A DNA stretch of 64,000 bases. Origin: Vicugna vicugna. Taxonomy: Eukaryota. Below, piece by piece: positions 50,907 to 63,990 of this stretch (its first letter is position 1; every line of letters begins with the position of its first letter). Both the position numbers and the translations under genes were made by a program. The DNA lies in assembly GCA_013265495.1 (NCBI GenBank), contig MU058781.1, positions 9,839,009-9,903,008 of the forward strand. The letters are read 5' to 3'. Below the pieces are notes generated by a model that was given only the letters and a program-made list of their open reading frames with translations, was not told the origin of the DNA and did no database searches.

Positions 50907-51009
50907 TTGTTTTATATTTCTTTCTTCCTCAACTCGAATTTGTCTTAAATCATCATTTTTAATGTTGGGCTGATTTTTTTTTCTTTTTTTGGTAGTTACT
51001 CTCTAAGAA

Positions 51010-52045
51010 CAAAATGATCACCACAATAAGTCTGGTAACCGTGAGTCACTGTACAAAGTTGCAAGATTTTTTTTTTCTTGTGATGAGAACTTTTTAAAGA
51101 TCTACTTTTTTTAGCAACTTTCAACTTTACAATACAATGTTAATGACTGTAGTCACTATGCTATACATTACATCTCCGTAACTTCATTTATATCTGGAAT
51201 TCTGTAGGGCTTGATCCCCTTCATTCATTTTGTTTTCTCTCTAACAGCCCTCCCTTCAGGCAACCATCTGTATCTATGAGTTTTATTTTGTTTTGTTTCT
51301 TCATTTGTCTTGTGTTTTAGAATGCACGTGTGATATGTATTGTATGACAAACCATACGGTATTTGTCTTTCTCTGTGGGACTTATTTTACTTCGCATAAT
51401 AACCTCAGAGTTCATCCATGTTGTCGCAAATGGCAAGATTTCATTCTTTTTTATGGCTGAGTAGTATTTCGTTGTATGTATAATACATCTTTTTATATCC
51501 ATGCATCCCAGTGCACACTTAGATTGTATCCATATTTGGCTGTTGCAAATAATGCCTCAGTGATCATAGGGAAGCATATATCTTTTTGAATGACTGTTTT
51601 TGTTTATTTTGAAAAAAATACCTGAAAGTGGGATTCTGGACTGTATGGTAGTTCTGTTTTCAATGTTTTGAGGAACTCCATGGTGGCTGCACCAATTTAT
51701 ATACCCACCCACAGTGTGCTATGGTTCTGTTTTCTCCACATCCTTGCCAGAGCTAATTTTTTGTCTTTATAATAGCCATTCTGATGGGTGTGAGGAATTG
51801 ACTTACAGTTCCCTGATGTTTGGGTGATGTTGGACATCTTTTCATATTCCTGTTGACCATCTGTATATCTTCTTTGAAGAAATGTTGTCTTGTGAATAGA
51901 TTTTTTTAATTGGATTGTTTGCTTTTGTTATTGCTGTTGAGTTGTATGAGTTCTTCATAATTTTGGGTATTAACCCTTGATTGGAATATGGTTTGCAAAT
52001 ATCTTCTCCCCTTAAGTAGGTTGCCTTTTAATTTTTTGATCTGTT
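51010..52045 (-). mobile_element. L1 (L1MA9-like) 3' UTR and ORF2 end
   Basis: Minus ORF 51317-51502 contains YYSAIKKNEILPFATTWMN, the typical L1 ORF2 C-terminus. Confidence 0.92.
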
Positions 52046-53064
52046 TCATTTTACATACCCAGTATCTCCATTAGTTTTTTTCCACATAATGACCCATTTC
52101 TGTATCCTATCTAAATATCTTCCTTTATCTCTTCAAAGACATTTATTACACTTACTTTAAGTTCTTTATCTGTCTTGTGTATTAACTGCTTTCTCTGTTT
52201 TAATTCTTTCAATTTCTTGAATTTTTAAAATAGAATTTGTGTTTAAATGCCTCATTATTTTTCCTCATGAGATCATTTCCCTAGGGTCTTAGTAATGTGT
52301 TCTTGGGCAAAAAAATACTGGCAAAATACTAGATTGCATCCCTCCTGGAAGGTTTCAGAAGGGGAATATGTTTCAGGGAGAAGAGTCTTTGGTATTGCCA
52401 TCTATCAGGAGGGACCCCTTCCATGTCCTTCCTTCTGCTGTATCAACTTGACCTAGAAAGTTTCCGTACACCTGAGTTCAGTCACTGCTCTTTCCCAAAT
52501 GCTGATTCTATGAGTTGTAATTATCTGGTCCTCAAGGTATTTCAGCAGAGTGGAAATGCTCAGGGTCCACAGTGGGCCTACAATTGTTCTTATCCACTCC
52601 CTCACTGGTCAGGACACTGCTCTCAAGTGACTTCCAGGCTACTGCTAGCTTGATACGACTGTGGATTTTATTTTATGTTATGTATGTATGAATGTATGTA
52701 CATATGTATTGATGTTTTCATCCCTCAGAGCCAATGGCGTGCTCAACAATGTGATACAGTGATGTAAGGGGGCAATAAAGAATGAATAAAAAACTTGCTG
52801 TGCTGTCCATTCCCAGTGTGGCTGCTAGCCTTCACACTCTGGATTTCTGTTCCTGTCCCCAGCAGAGGTGCCAGGACTCGGGCTCCTTCTGTTTCGCCCA
52901 GAGGATTATTGAGGTTTCTATGATAGTTCCTCATACCCATCAGTTTCCCTTTCACTTCTGTGACATCTCCAGCCTTGCACTGTGGGGGAGAAAGTTACCT
53001 AATTCCATGTCTGGTTTACCTTCTCATCGGGAGGACGAATCTAGCTGATTCTTTAAGAAAGCCT

Positions 53065-53900
53065 TATGAAAACTATGACTCTGCTTTTGTATATCCTGGA
53101 AATGTCCATGTTATACTTGAATGATATTTTGGCTGGGTATATTAATTTAGGACTACACTTTGTTTCCTTGGGGCTTCATATGTATAGCTTACCTGTTCTA
53201 AGACATTCTGAGAACTGATTATTTTCCCCTTTAAAGTACCTTGATTTCTCTGCTTTGATTTTTCAGATGGTTTCTTTATCTGTGAAGTCTAGTAGTTCAA
53301 TAGTTTTACTATTGAGTCTGGTTGTTAATTATATGGTAACTTTTCTTCTTAAAATGGCAGATTTAATCATCTTTGGTTTCTGAAGTTTCTTTGAATTAAA
53401 CATTTAAAAAAATTTCTGTGGTATTTATTTTTTCTCACCTTTTAGAGACACCAATTATGCCTATGTTGAATCACCTTTGTATTACATAACATGCTATTTT
53501 CCTTAGGAATTGAGTGTTTGTTCACTTCTGTTAAGTATTTCTTCTGTCCTTCTCCATTTTGCTGCTTCCAATGCAGACTTAATTTTGTGACAGTTTTATT
53601 ATTTGCATCTTCTCTCAAGTTCTGCCAAATCATTTTTCATTTCCTAATCTGCTGTCTCCTCATTTCTTTCTTTAATCTCTATCTCTCTTGTGATCTCTTA
53701 TTTTATAGACTTAGTATTTTCTTTAATTTCATTTGTGTTCTTAGAAATGGCTTAGGTCATGAAGTTTAATCTGTAGAAACATGTTTTCAGAGGTATTCTT
53801 TGCCATTTGTTTTCCTTTTTCCTTTATTGCTTTTTGAAGAGTCTTAAAAATATGCTGCACTTGTTTTGATTATTACTCATCTTTTAAAGTATACAACATA
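53065..53900 (-). mobile_element. Old L1M/HAL1-like fragment
   Basis: tacttgaatgatattttggctgggtat...gacaccaattatgcctatgttgaatc in T-rich degenerate LINE-like sequence. Confidence 0.55.
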
Positions 53901-54154
53901 CAAAGTTTAATATCTAAAATGAGCCTAAACCATTAGGTTCACAGAAAAAGAATACCAGTATATGTTTTCCAAATTTGATTGATGAACCTATAGAGGTTAA
54001 ACATAGTAATATTTTAAACTAGCACATTGATTGCCATTAGGCCTCATTTTTAGCCTTTGATTTATTAATGGTATAGGAGTCTAGATGCATAGCAATTTTT
54101 GTTACTCACTTATTTTCTCTGGAAACAGTGGTTTATTGTTTATTTGTTTTTTTT

Positions 54155-55490
54155 CTGATACTCTTTATGTAGATTCCAGTTTCTGACTTAACATCATTTT
54201 CCATCTTTCTAAGGAACTTTTCTTTTAATCTTTCTTGCAAGGCAGGTCTACTAGCAACACATTTTTTTTTCCATTTTTGTTTGAGAAAGTTTTTATTTCT
54301 TCTTTACTCTTAAAGGATACATTCACAGGCTACAGAATTCTAGATTGATGGGTTTTATTTCTCTCAACTCTTAAATATTTGTCTCATTTCATTTTCTTTT
54401 TGTTGGAATGGCTTCTAAAGAGAAGTCAGATGTAATTCTTACCTTGTTTATAGGGAAGGTATCTTTTCCCTCTTGTTTCTTTCAAGATTTTTTCTTTATC
54501 TTTTATTTTCCATAGTTTGAAAGTGATATGCCGAGGTATAGTTGTTGTGTTTTGGTTTTGTTTTGCATTTATCCTGCTTGGTGTTTTTTTCTGAGTTTCC
54601 TGGTCTGTGGTTTGGTGTTTGACATTAATTTTGGAAAATTCTCTGTTGTTGTTTCATATATTTCTTCTGTTCCTTTCCCTCTTTCTAGTATTCCCATTAC
54701 ACATATTTTACATCTTTTTTAAGGGGCCCACAATTCTTCGGTATTTTGTACTGTTTGCTTTTCAGTTTCAGACCTTTTGATTAAGATGTTCTTAAATGCA
54801 GGGATTCTTTTCTTCAGCCATGTCTAGTCTACTAATAAGCCCACAAAGACATTCTTTATTTCTGTTAGTGTTTTTGATCTCTGGTATTTCTGATTCTTTT
54901 CTTAGAATTTTCTCTGTTTACATTGCCCCTGCATGCTGTCTACATTATCTTTTTAGTGCCCTTAACATATTGATCATAGTTGCTTTAAATTCTCGATCTG
55001 ATAATTCCAACATCTCTGCCATGTCTGAGTCTGATTCTGATTCTTGCTCTGTCTCTTCCACCTGTGGTTTTTGCTGTTAAGTATGTCTTGTAATTTTTTC
55101 TTGATAAGCAGGTGTGGTGTACTATGTAAAAGGAACTGCTGTAAATAGGTCTTTAGCAATGTGGTGGTGAGGTGTGTGGGAAGGAAAAGCATTTTATAGT
55201 TCTAAGATTAAATTTTAGTCTAGTAATGAACCTATACCTCTGGGCTGTGAACTTCACACAAGCTTTTCCATCCTACTCTCTTCCCTCCCTGCTTTGAGTG
55301 GACAGGATGGCTGCAGGATTCTGGCGTTGGGTATATCCCTTACCCTAGGTCTGCTAGGCTCTGATAAAACCTCAGCAGCATGGGCTTTGATTAAATTGTG
55401 TCTCCTGAGGGAAGGCCTTGTTAAGAGGAACAGAATGCTCTAGCATTTTTTAAAATGGCTCCTTTTTCTCTCCCTCTTCTGGAAGCATGA
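54155..55490 (-). mobile_element. L1MD-type 5'/ORF1 region
   Basis: tttcttgcaaggcaggtctactagcaac...ctgataattccaacatctctgccatgtctgagtctgattctg...ctaggctctgataaaacc. Confidence 0.8.
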
Positions 55491-57784
55491 AAGGTTTAAA
55501 AAGTTGGAAAAGGTTAGCCCTGTCCTTTATTTATTGAGACTTAATATTCTCCTTTGTATTTCCATTGTATTAAATAAATAAATGTAAATGTAAAATTGTA
55601 AAAAAAAATATTTAGGAGGATCTATATTTACGTGCCTAACAGTAGCTCTGGGATTTTATCACCTGTGGATATAATAAAATGTCTATTTAAAGAGCAAAAA
55701 AAATTTTTCTAATATATTTTCTAATGAGTCATTTAGGAAATATTTGTTGGGCACCTGTTGTCTGAGAAATAGCAATACCAGAGTCATAGCGACAGATAGA
55801 AGATAAATCAGACATGAATGCCTCTCTCCACGAACTTAGAGTGTAAGAGAAGAAAGTCTACATAACACGGGATAGAAAGTAGGAAACAGTGAGGGTTATT
55901 AGAAGGGTTCTTGCAAACACCTGGCTGCTCCATAGATTGCTGTGCTGTGTTTTCTGCATCATTAACTCACTAGGAGGTTGAGCCCTTTCTGTGATTCCCA
56001 CAGCAACAATGTACTTACACAGACTTGGCAGCTAGGTTGCAGGTTTGGTGGAGCTGGAGACTGAAATACATCTTGTAAATAAACAACCTTAAATTCCGTA
56101 TTAAATTTTCTTTCATTAAAATTTATTTGGCCATCCTGCTGTCTTGATAGCCATCCAGTCCTTGTGTATAAGTACCATTTTCATCAAGAAGTGTTGTGTT
56201 TTTAAGATATATTCTCAATTTTGTGCCAACAGCCAGCAAATGAGTATAATCTGTGTATCTCTAATAAGAAAAAAATATTGTTTCGGGGTAAATACGGAGA
56301 TTCCAAGTCTGTCGTTACTTTGCATGGGCTCCACAGATGCTCATCGTATACTGCTTATGAGGCGTGGGGCACACACAGGGCACTGCTTTTCCATGGGGAT
56401 CCAATTACTTCTATATGGTCCCTTTATGTGGAACTGGTAACCTAACAACATTTATTCATGGTATGAAAATTGGTCATATGAAAAATGGCCCATGTAAAAA
56501 GTCTTAGAATCTCAAGATATTAGACCTTGAAAGGATCATAGAGATTCTGAGCTTAATCCCTTTATGTTACAGTTGAGAAACAGAGACATAGAAAGGTCTA
56601 CCAAAGGACACCTGGCTATCTTACGGGATCGAGCGATTTATAACCTTCTCTTACAGTTCCTAAGATTTACATGCCATAAAGTGGTGGTGTGAAGTCGTAA
56701 TACAGGGGTTGTAGGACAAGATTTCACCCTTGAGAATTGTTTTTAAGACCTTTAGAATTTATGTGATTTTCCATCTCCCTAGATTGATCATTTCTGATGC
56801 TTTATAGCTGCAAGTTAATACAAAACCCAGATCCAAATTGTTTCCAGAGGAGAGTGGATATCATTTCACAATATAATGTAAAATTAGATTTTAACTTAAA
56901 AATTGAAATGAAAACCCCCTTTCAGAATGAAAATCTTTTCTTTCCTAAACTTCCCTAGCACATAACTGTATCTTTAATATAGCTGTCATACCTTTACTAC
57001 TTATATAATTATTTACCTATTACATTTCTTCTAATTGACTGTAAGTACCCTGAAAGCAGAGACTACCATATTGACACCTCCCTCATGGGTTACCCCAGTG
57101 CTTTCACATAAACATTTGTTCCAGAAATGTTTGATGCATTAATGAATAAATAAAAGGAATATCTACTTGCTAAATTTGAACTTACTACCTGCTTTTCCCC
57201 TTAAAAAAAATAGAATGGAGGTAAAATGGAGCGAAGACCTACACTGTGGGTGAATGACCGGCTTTTCTGGCTGATTGAAGTTACCTTGTTGTCACAGGGA
57301 AGTAGCTCAACATAAATGGCACGGATTCTTTTCTCTTCGTAGCTACAAGCATTTCATTCTTTCCCTTGGCCAACATGTTTTACTTTTATGATGCTCTTCT
57401 ATTTCAGTGAACTTATTAACACACAGTGACTTACTGTGGGATTTTCTGTCTTTTTCACTCTGATTCTGTTTATTTTTTAGGCTTGACTCGCAGTGTGGAT
57501 TCACTTTAGCAGAGTCATGCAGTGAGTTTGTAGTGAAGATAATTGTAGGACTTAGTTTTTTTCATTTTACATCATTACTCCTAATTGCTGACTCTCAAAT
57601 TTAGAAAGATTTCTCATACACTGTCTGCAGATTCATCTTTTGGACCATTTTCCACTGTAGATGAGCCTGTTAACATCAACCTCAGTTCTTTAAGATCATC
57701 AGGGTACAGTACAGAATGAATGAATATTTATATTTATATTTATTTATATTTTTTATTTATTCAAAAATTTTTGTTATTTCTAGG

Positions 57785-57893
57785 CTTTGTTTGGTTTTAT
57801 TTTTGTTTTTTACAGAGGTACTGGGGATTGAACCCAGGACCTTGTGCATGCTAATTAAGCACATGCTTTACCACTGAACTATACCCTCCCCCC
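57785..57893 (-). mobile_element. tRNA-derived SINE (camelid vic-1 type)
   Basis: gaggtactggggattgaacccaggaccttgtgcatgct...accactgaactataccctccccc with an upstream T-rich tail. Confidence 0.9.
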
Positions 57894-58952
57894 ATGAATA
57901 TATTTTAAAAGTGTTATTCCACATTGGGCCTTTGTTTAATTTCATTTTTAATGGAAAAAGCTTAAAGCTCTTCAATAAACCCGTTTACAATCAGTAGTAC
58001 AAAAAATCATTAAAAAAAGTAAAACAATTCATTATGGATGAAGTGGGGTGGTGGTATCATCCCATGTTAACATTTGTAAGTTCCAACAGTTCATAATAAA
58101 TCTGTAGAGTGGGGAACAGAAAATATTTTTAAATGAATAATTAATTTGCTGGAGGATCATTCATTAAGGTCCGAAGTGATTTACCAATAAGGAAATGAAC
58201 AGGTAGAAGCAATATTGTATTTCATTCCTGGGAAATTACCGTTTGGCTGAGGAATAGAAAAGATCCAGAGAGCATGAGAGAAAAGTTATTAATCCTAACT
58301 ATTTCATCTGGAGGAAAGATGTAGGTTACAAACAAGTGGCTGAAGCTTTTTTTTTTTTTCTCTCATTAGCCACACGTCCAGAGTCTTTTAGGGCCAGTAA
58401 CATTTTGCTCTGTGAATCAGAATCAGTGTAATAAAAAGGGTGCAGCATGAGTAAGTTAGAAGTTTGTGCTGATAGCGACTAAAAAGCACAGAGTCTAATA
58501 TTTCTGCCTATAAACTGTTGAGAGTGTTCTAGGTGACATTTTCACTATCCAAATAGGTTTCCCATTTGGGAGAGAAATCTGAAGATTATTTCAAGAAAGG
58601 AAGATCGTATTTCCTACTAAGGAAGCCAAAAGTGGATATGAGTGGGTTGAATAGATATAGCCTTTTCCTGACTCCTGTTAAGAGACACTTGACCTAAGCC
58701 CAGCTCCTCCCAGGTCTCTGAAGCTTGAGGAAATGACACAAAGGTGCAGGGTCAGATAGAGAGTTTTTTCTGGCACTGTTTGGCGTTGGGAATCTAACAG
58801 TAGAGCAGAAGCTAGAGTCAGCATCCTTTCCATGGCAGCGTCTAGGCTGTGGTCTGCCCTCCTCCATTATTCCTCAAGCCAGAATTTTTTGTACTTGCCA
58901 CAAATGCTTTCGGTCACCAGTTTCTTTTTTCCCCTCTGTTATTCAGTGTTTC

Positions 58953-59002
58953 ATGTATGTATGTATGTATGTATGTACATATGTATGTGTGTATGTATGT
59001 AT
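58953..59002. repeat. (TATG)n imperfect microsatellite
   Basis: Directly visible. Confidence 0.9.
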
Positions 59003-59143
59003 TTACAGCTTTATTATGGTATGATTCCTATGCAGTAAACTACACATATTGCAGATGTACCATCTGATGAATTTTGATAGATAAATACACCAGTGAAACC
59101 ACACCACAATCAAGATAGCTAACATTTCCATTACTCCCCAAGA
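59000..59143 (-). mobile_element. Old L1M 3' end
   Basis: acagctttattatggtatgatt...gatgaattttgatagataaatacacc...cacaatcaagatagctaacatttccattac. Confidence 0.8.
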
Positions 59144-59144
59144 G

Positions 59145-59517
59145 GTGCAAATTTCAAATTTCCAATTTATCCCTTTCTACCCTTTTTACCCACTGGTAAC
59201 CATAAGTTTGTTCTCTATGTCTGTGAGTTTATTTCTGTTCTGTGATAGGATTTGTGTCTTTTTTCAAGATTCTACATATAAGCTATATCATATGGTATTT
59301 TTTCTTTTCCTTTCTGACTTACTTCATTTAGAATGACAATCTCCAGGTCCATCCATGTTGCTGCTGATGGCATTATTTTATTCTTTTTTATGGCTGAGTA
59401 GTAGTCCATTGTGTGTGTATGTGTGTATATAAAACTTTTCTCTCATATATATATCTCACATCTTCTTTATCCAGTTATCTATTGTAGTGCTGCTGTAAAC
59501 ACTGAGGTACATGTGCC
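59145..59517 (-). mobile_element. Young L1 3'-region fragment
   Basis: ctggtaaccataagtttgttctctatgtctgtgag...gacaatctccaggtccatccatgttgctgc...tttatggctgagtagtagtccattg. Confidence 0.88.
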
Positions 59518-59579
59518 CAATTTCTGATTAGAGTAACCAGAGTTCCCCCCCACCCCCGCTGATTTATCTGTATTATATT

Positions 59580-59715
59580 TGCTTCATCAATAAAGTGGAG
59601 ATTAAAAATTTCACCTATAATATTTGTATTGAGGATTAAATGAGATAATGTGAAAAGTGCTTGAGCCTTGGCTCATTGTGGGTACCCAGCAGTGTTGGCT
59701 GTTATCATTTTCATC
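59580..59715 (+). mobile_element. MIR fragment
   Basis: gaggattaaatgagataatgtgaaaagtgcttgag. Confidence 0.7.
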
Positions 59716-61872
59716 AGTACATCAACGTAGTTGGTATCCATTAGATTCTGCCCCAAAATATTTTGTCTTGGACAAATGAATTTTTACCTGTTTAGTGCAG
59801 TGGAGCTAGACCAAATGACCTTTTATAGCTTCCTCTATTCATTTTCTAAAGGCTGCTTATTCCTCTGGGGGCAGCAGGAGCTTCTGGATTCTTGTTTAGA
59901 ATGTGGATGGAGTTCTCAAAATAGCCTTGGCAAATTCATTGCATAAGAAGATGCTATTAGAAATGCCATAAATACAGATCACAGAGTAATTTTGGAAATA
60001 CGAAATCAATGTTTTAGGTCAAAGTTGAGGAAATTTTATGATTGAGTTTAGAATTACATTTCAGTAGATTTGAAACAAACAGCCTCTTTGTGGCTGCTTT
60101 GGGTGGCTTGGCCAAGGTCCTCCTTTTTTCTGGGGTAGAAAACTGAGTCCAGGAAATGACTAAGGACTCTTTCTCTACCTTCCTGAGGTCTTGGAGGCCC
60201 AGGGTCATACAAGACCAGTATTTCCAGGCTATTGGAAAAAAAGTTAGATTCTGTTTCTTTCCAAGAGTCACTCTGTCTAACTCTCTCCAGAGTATACCCA
60301 ATATGAATATCTACATCATGTTCCTCTTTGGAAAATGAGTATACCAATAGGACTCAAGTAGAAATTAGTGTTTTTCACCTAAAGTGCTTTGCATGTTTCA
60401 TTTAATCTTGCATACCCATGACTAGGAAGACTTATTAACTGTGTATAAGTGGAAAAAACTGGCATACAAATGTTACGTGGTTCCTCCATGTGAGATATTT
60501 TCAGAGTGGAGCTAGGAATGAAATACTGGTTTCCTGAAACTAAGCTTAAAGGGTAAATATACGTTTGGTCTCTGATGGAAAGAGGTCTTTTTCTAAAACT
60601 GTATTTGTTATGTTAACTTTTGATGGAAACAGATTGTTTTTCTGAAGCTTTGATTTCTGAAGATCTAATTTTAACTGATGACATAGTGGCATTCTGTTAA
60701 CTTGAGATCATGCTTTTTAAACCCCAATCACTTAACTTCATCAGCCACTTTCTTCCCTTCTCACCAAGCTTTCTTCATTCATTCTTTATTTCAGTCAGTT
60801 ATCCCACATGTTTTTCATGCCTGTATTTCTGCCATATGTCATGCACTTTGCTAGTTTCTGGTAATGTCAAGGTAAATAAGGCATTGTTCTCACCTAAAAA
60901 TATCTCTCTTCGATGAGGAAGATGGACAAGTGAATAGAAGATTATAATTTAGCAATAGATTTTGTCATGCCTACTCCATCAGCTACTAGATTATCCCAAG
61001 AGAGCAGAGACATCTAGTTTCTAGCATCATGTCTGGAATATAATAAACACTTAATAAATATTTGTAAAATTAATGATGTAGGTAAATAAGAGGAGGGGCA
61101 GCTCATCATAATAGATAGTAGATTTCATCTATCTTCCACAAAAATTGTCAGAGGATACCATCACACATTGCAGTCTATAATTCACAGATTACTCTCCACT
61201 CTAGCAAATGAATATATTTAGTGCTTTTCTTCCTTGTTGGAAATCTGATTTTCATATACCAGTAAGAAATGTGGGTAGGAAGCAAAGAGTTGACACAATG
61301 CAAGAATATGGGTTTATGGTAGTTTTGCTATTTATGTCAGTTCTGGGTCTTGGTATCACATGAGTGATGTAATTGGAAGTATTTGTCTTTGCCTTGACTG
61401 GTCTCACCTCGTACCCAAGCAGTGTATATCACTGTTATCCATTATGTTGGCTGGTCTGCATCTCTGGAGGTGAAGGATGATTTTTCAGTGATGGATGTCT
61501 TAATTCTTCGTCTGGTCTAATATTATAACTCTGCAGATTACGCCCTTTCTCAATCTGACATCTCCCACTGTCAGCAAATTCTTCCTGGTATTCAGATGAA
61601 TGATTTCTCTCCTCCTCCTTTATTCTGACCCTTTGTGACAACAGACATAATTCTTCTAAATTTTTTTTCTTCACTCTTAGAAAAATATATACTAAATATT
61701 AAAAGTCATTCAATATAATAATAATATAAATATCTGTAGACTCTATAACCTTAATTTATCTCACTCTTTTCCCTGTAGTACTGAAGTCAAGTTAAATTGA
61801 TTTTTTTCTTATCACAATTAGATGGGTCAGAAACTCATTTAAATTGTTAGAGGATAAGGATAAATTGCAAAA

Positions 61873-61923
61873 TTACCTTAATGTCCTTAATGTTACCTTA
61901 ATATCCTTAATATTGCCTTAATA
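61873..61923. repeat. Short tandem repeat, ~2.5 copies of a 20-bp unit built from CCTTAAT
   Basis: ttaccttaatgtccttaatg / ttaccttaatatccttaata / ttgccttaata. Confidence 0.85.
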
Positions 61924-63039
61924 GTGTCAGTTATTTTCTTAATCTTTACACACTTTTCTTGTGAAACTTAAACTAGAAAACAGATAGTCTAGATCTTTGT
62001 TCCCTGGATAAATGAAATACATACATAAATCCTTGGATAGTTATTTAAACTGTTTTTTTTTCAGTCATTTCATTCTCTTCATTCTTCTATGTATACGTTT
62101 TACTCATTCACTTATTCAACACATATTTCTGATCACTGGTAAAACATGATGCTAACAGTACATGTTAAGAATACAAAAGAGAAAGCCTAACTGCAGGGAA
62201 AAATCATGAGGATTGCATGAGCTACCAGGGGAAGCTGATTTTTATTTATCAATATTCAATTAGGTTTTAAATGATTTGTGCATATTTGCATTTTACATTC
62301 ACATCCATATTCAATGTGTGGAGTATTTCACATTTTTGTTCACAACGTTTAACATGAGTAATCAGTAATTAATTTTTCCTTCAAATTCCTTCCTAAAAAA
62401 AGTCTTGTCAGTGTTGATAAGAAGTACCAAAGACGACTCAAAGTTTCGGGTTCACTGTCCACTCATTGTTCATGGGAATATCAGTCTTACTTTACCAGAA
62501 TGGCAGCTGTATCCTCCCCATTCACTTGATCCTCCCCATTCACAGAGTTTACACACTGCTTTTCACTCCTTTGTGCTCTTTGCATCTCAATTCTCACCTT
62601 TCATCGAGATGTACTACCTTAGTGCATGCTATGGCTTTCTGCTTGTGTTAGGGTGGGCTACAGTTAAAAGTTAAACCTGAACCTTCAATGGTTTAACACA
62701 ATAGAGGTTTAATTTTTGTTCACATCATATGTCCCCTATGGGCTGATTTAGGGGATGGAGGAAAGTGGTCATTCAGAGACCCAGGGTGACATCACTGGTC
62801 AGGGAGGCAGGGGAAGACAGAAATTGAAGGATCACATAGTCTTCTTACCACCTCAGCCTGAATTAATCATGTGGCCCCAGGACTAGGAGTCTGTTTCTTT
62901 CTTAATGTGTTCTATTTATTTACTTCCAAGTCTATATATATAGTATTTTTTAAATAAACAAATGCATTTATTTATTTATAACAATGTTCAGTGAACTACT
63001 TCCAACTCCCTAAGACCATTTTTACTTGGATATCTTTGT

Positions 63040-63720
63040 ATCTTCAAACTGCAAATTTAGCTTTGTAATCTTTCTTCCTTAAACAAGCTCCTTCTGTGAA
63101 TTTCTAACTTGATACCCAGTGCTCCCCGTTAACCAACTCAAAAACTCTTTAAATCCATTTCTTTACATCTCTCTACCTCATTCTGCATAGACTCAGGTTC
63201 TACTAGTGGCTGCCTTGGCATGATCGATTCTCCATCCTCATTCACCCTTCCCAGAGCTGGGGTCCAGTCTGGCCTCCTCCACAGTTCCCTGATGCTACTA
63301 AAACGGTTCCTTAGGGCCCCGATCAAATCTACATAAAACTACCAGAGCAGTCACTGTTGGGGTTTTGCTTACATTCACAAAAGTCTCGATCTTCTATCTT
63401 CTTATTAATACTGAAATCTGTGTTCTTTTTTCGAGGCTTTCTCCAGATTGTTCACTACCCTAATTTGGGCCTATTTCTCAATGTGTAGCCCCTAATTTCA
63501 TCAAGTTGGTCAACTTTATATTTTACAAACACACTTGTCTCTTCTCCCTTTTCACTTCCTCATCTCCCTTTCACTTGTTTGAAGCCAAATCCATCCCTCC
63601 AAGCCCAGACTAACAGTGGTCTTGGAGTCTTCCCTGCCCTCCATCAGTTCATTGATACTCTTCTGCTCCCAACTCCTCAAGTCCTTAATTAGTACAGAGT
63701 CAGCATCAGATTGCATGTTA
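63040..63720 (+). mobile_element. L2 fragments
   Basis: atctttcttccttaaacaagctccttctg...gccaaatccatccctccaagcccagac...tcttccctgccctcc. Confidence 0.55.
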
Positions 63721-63724
63721 TTTG

Positions 63725-63990
63725 AATTCATTCATTCATTCAATTCATATTAATTGACTGGCTCTCTGTGAGAAAACATGCACCTTACTGCATAGGCAGG
63801 ATATAAACAAAACAAAAAAACATTTCAGCTCTTACAGAGATTACAATGTAATTGGGCAGCAGACAATAAACAAATGATCACCCAAAATAAATATGAAATT
63901 GTAAATGATGACTGGAGCCATCCAGGAACGTTACAGGGTGCTCTGAGAATTACTGGAAGAACTATTGAGAGATGTTACAGAGTATGGTGT
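63725..63990 (-). mobile_element. L2 3' end
   Basis: attcattcattcattcaa...ctcttacagagattacaatgtaattgggcagcagacaataaacaaat. Confidence 0.75.

Noticed and set aside
51317..51502. ORF with YYSAIKKNEILPFATTWMN
   Set aside because: L1 ORF2 C-terminal remnant, not a host gene.
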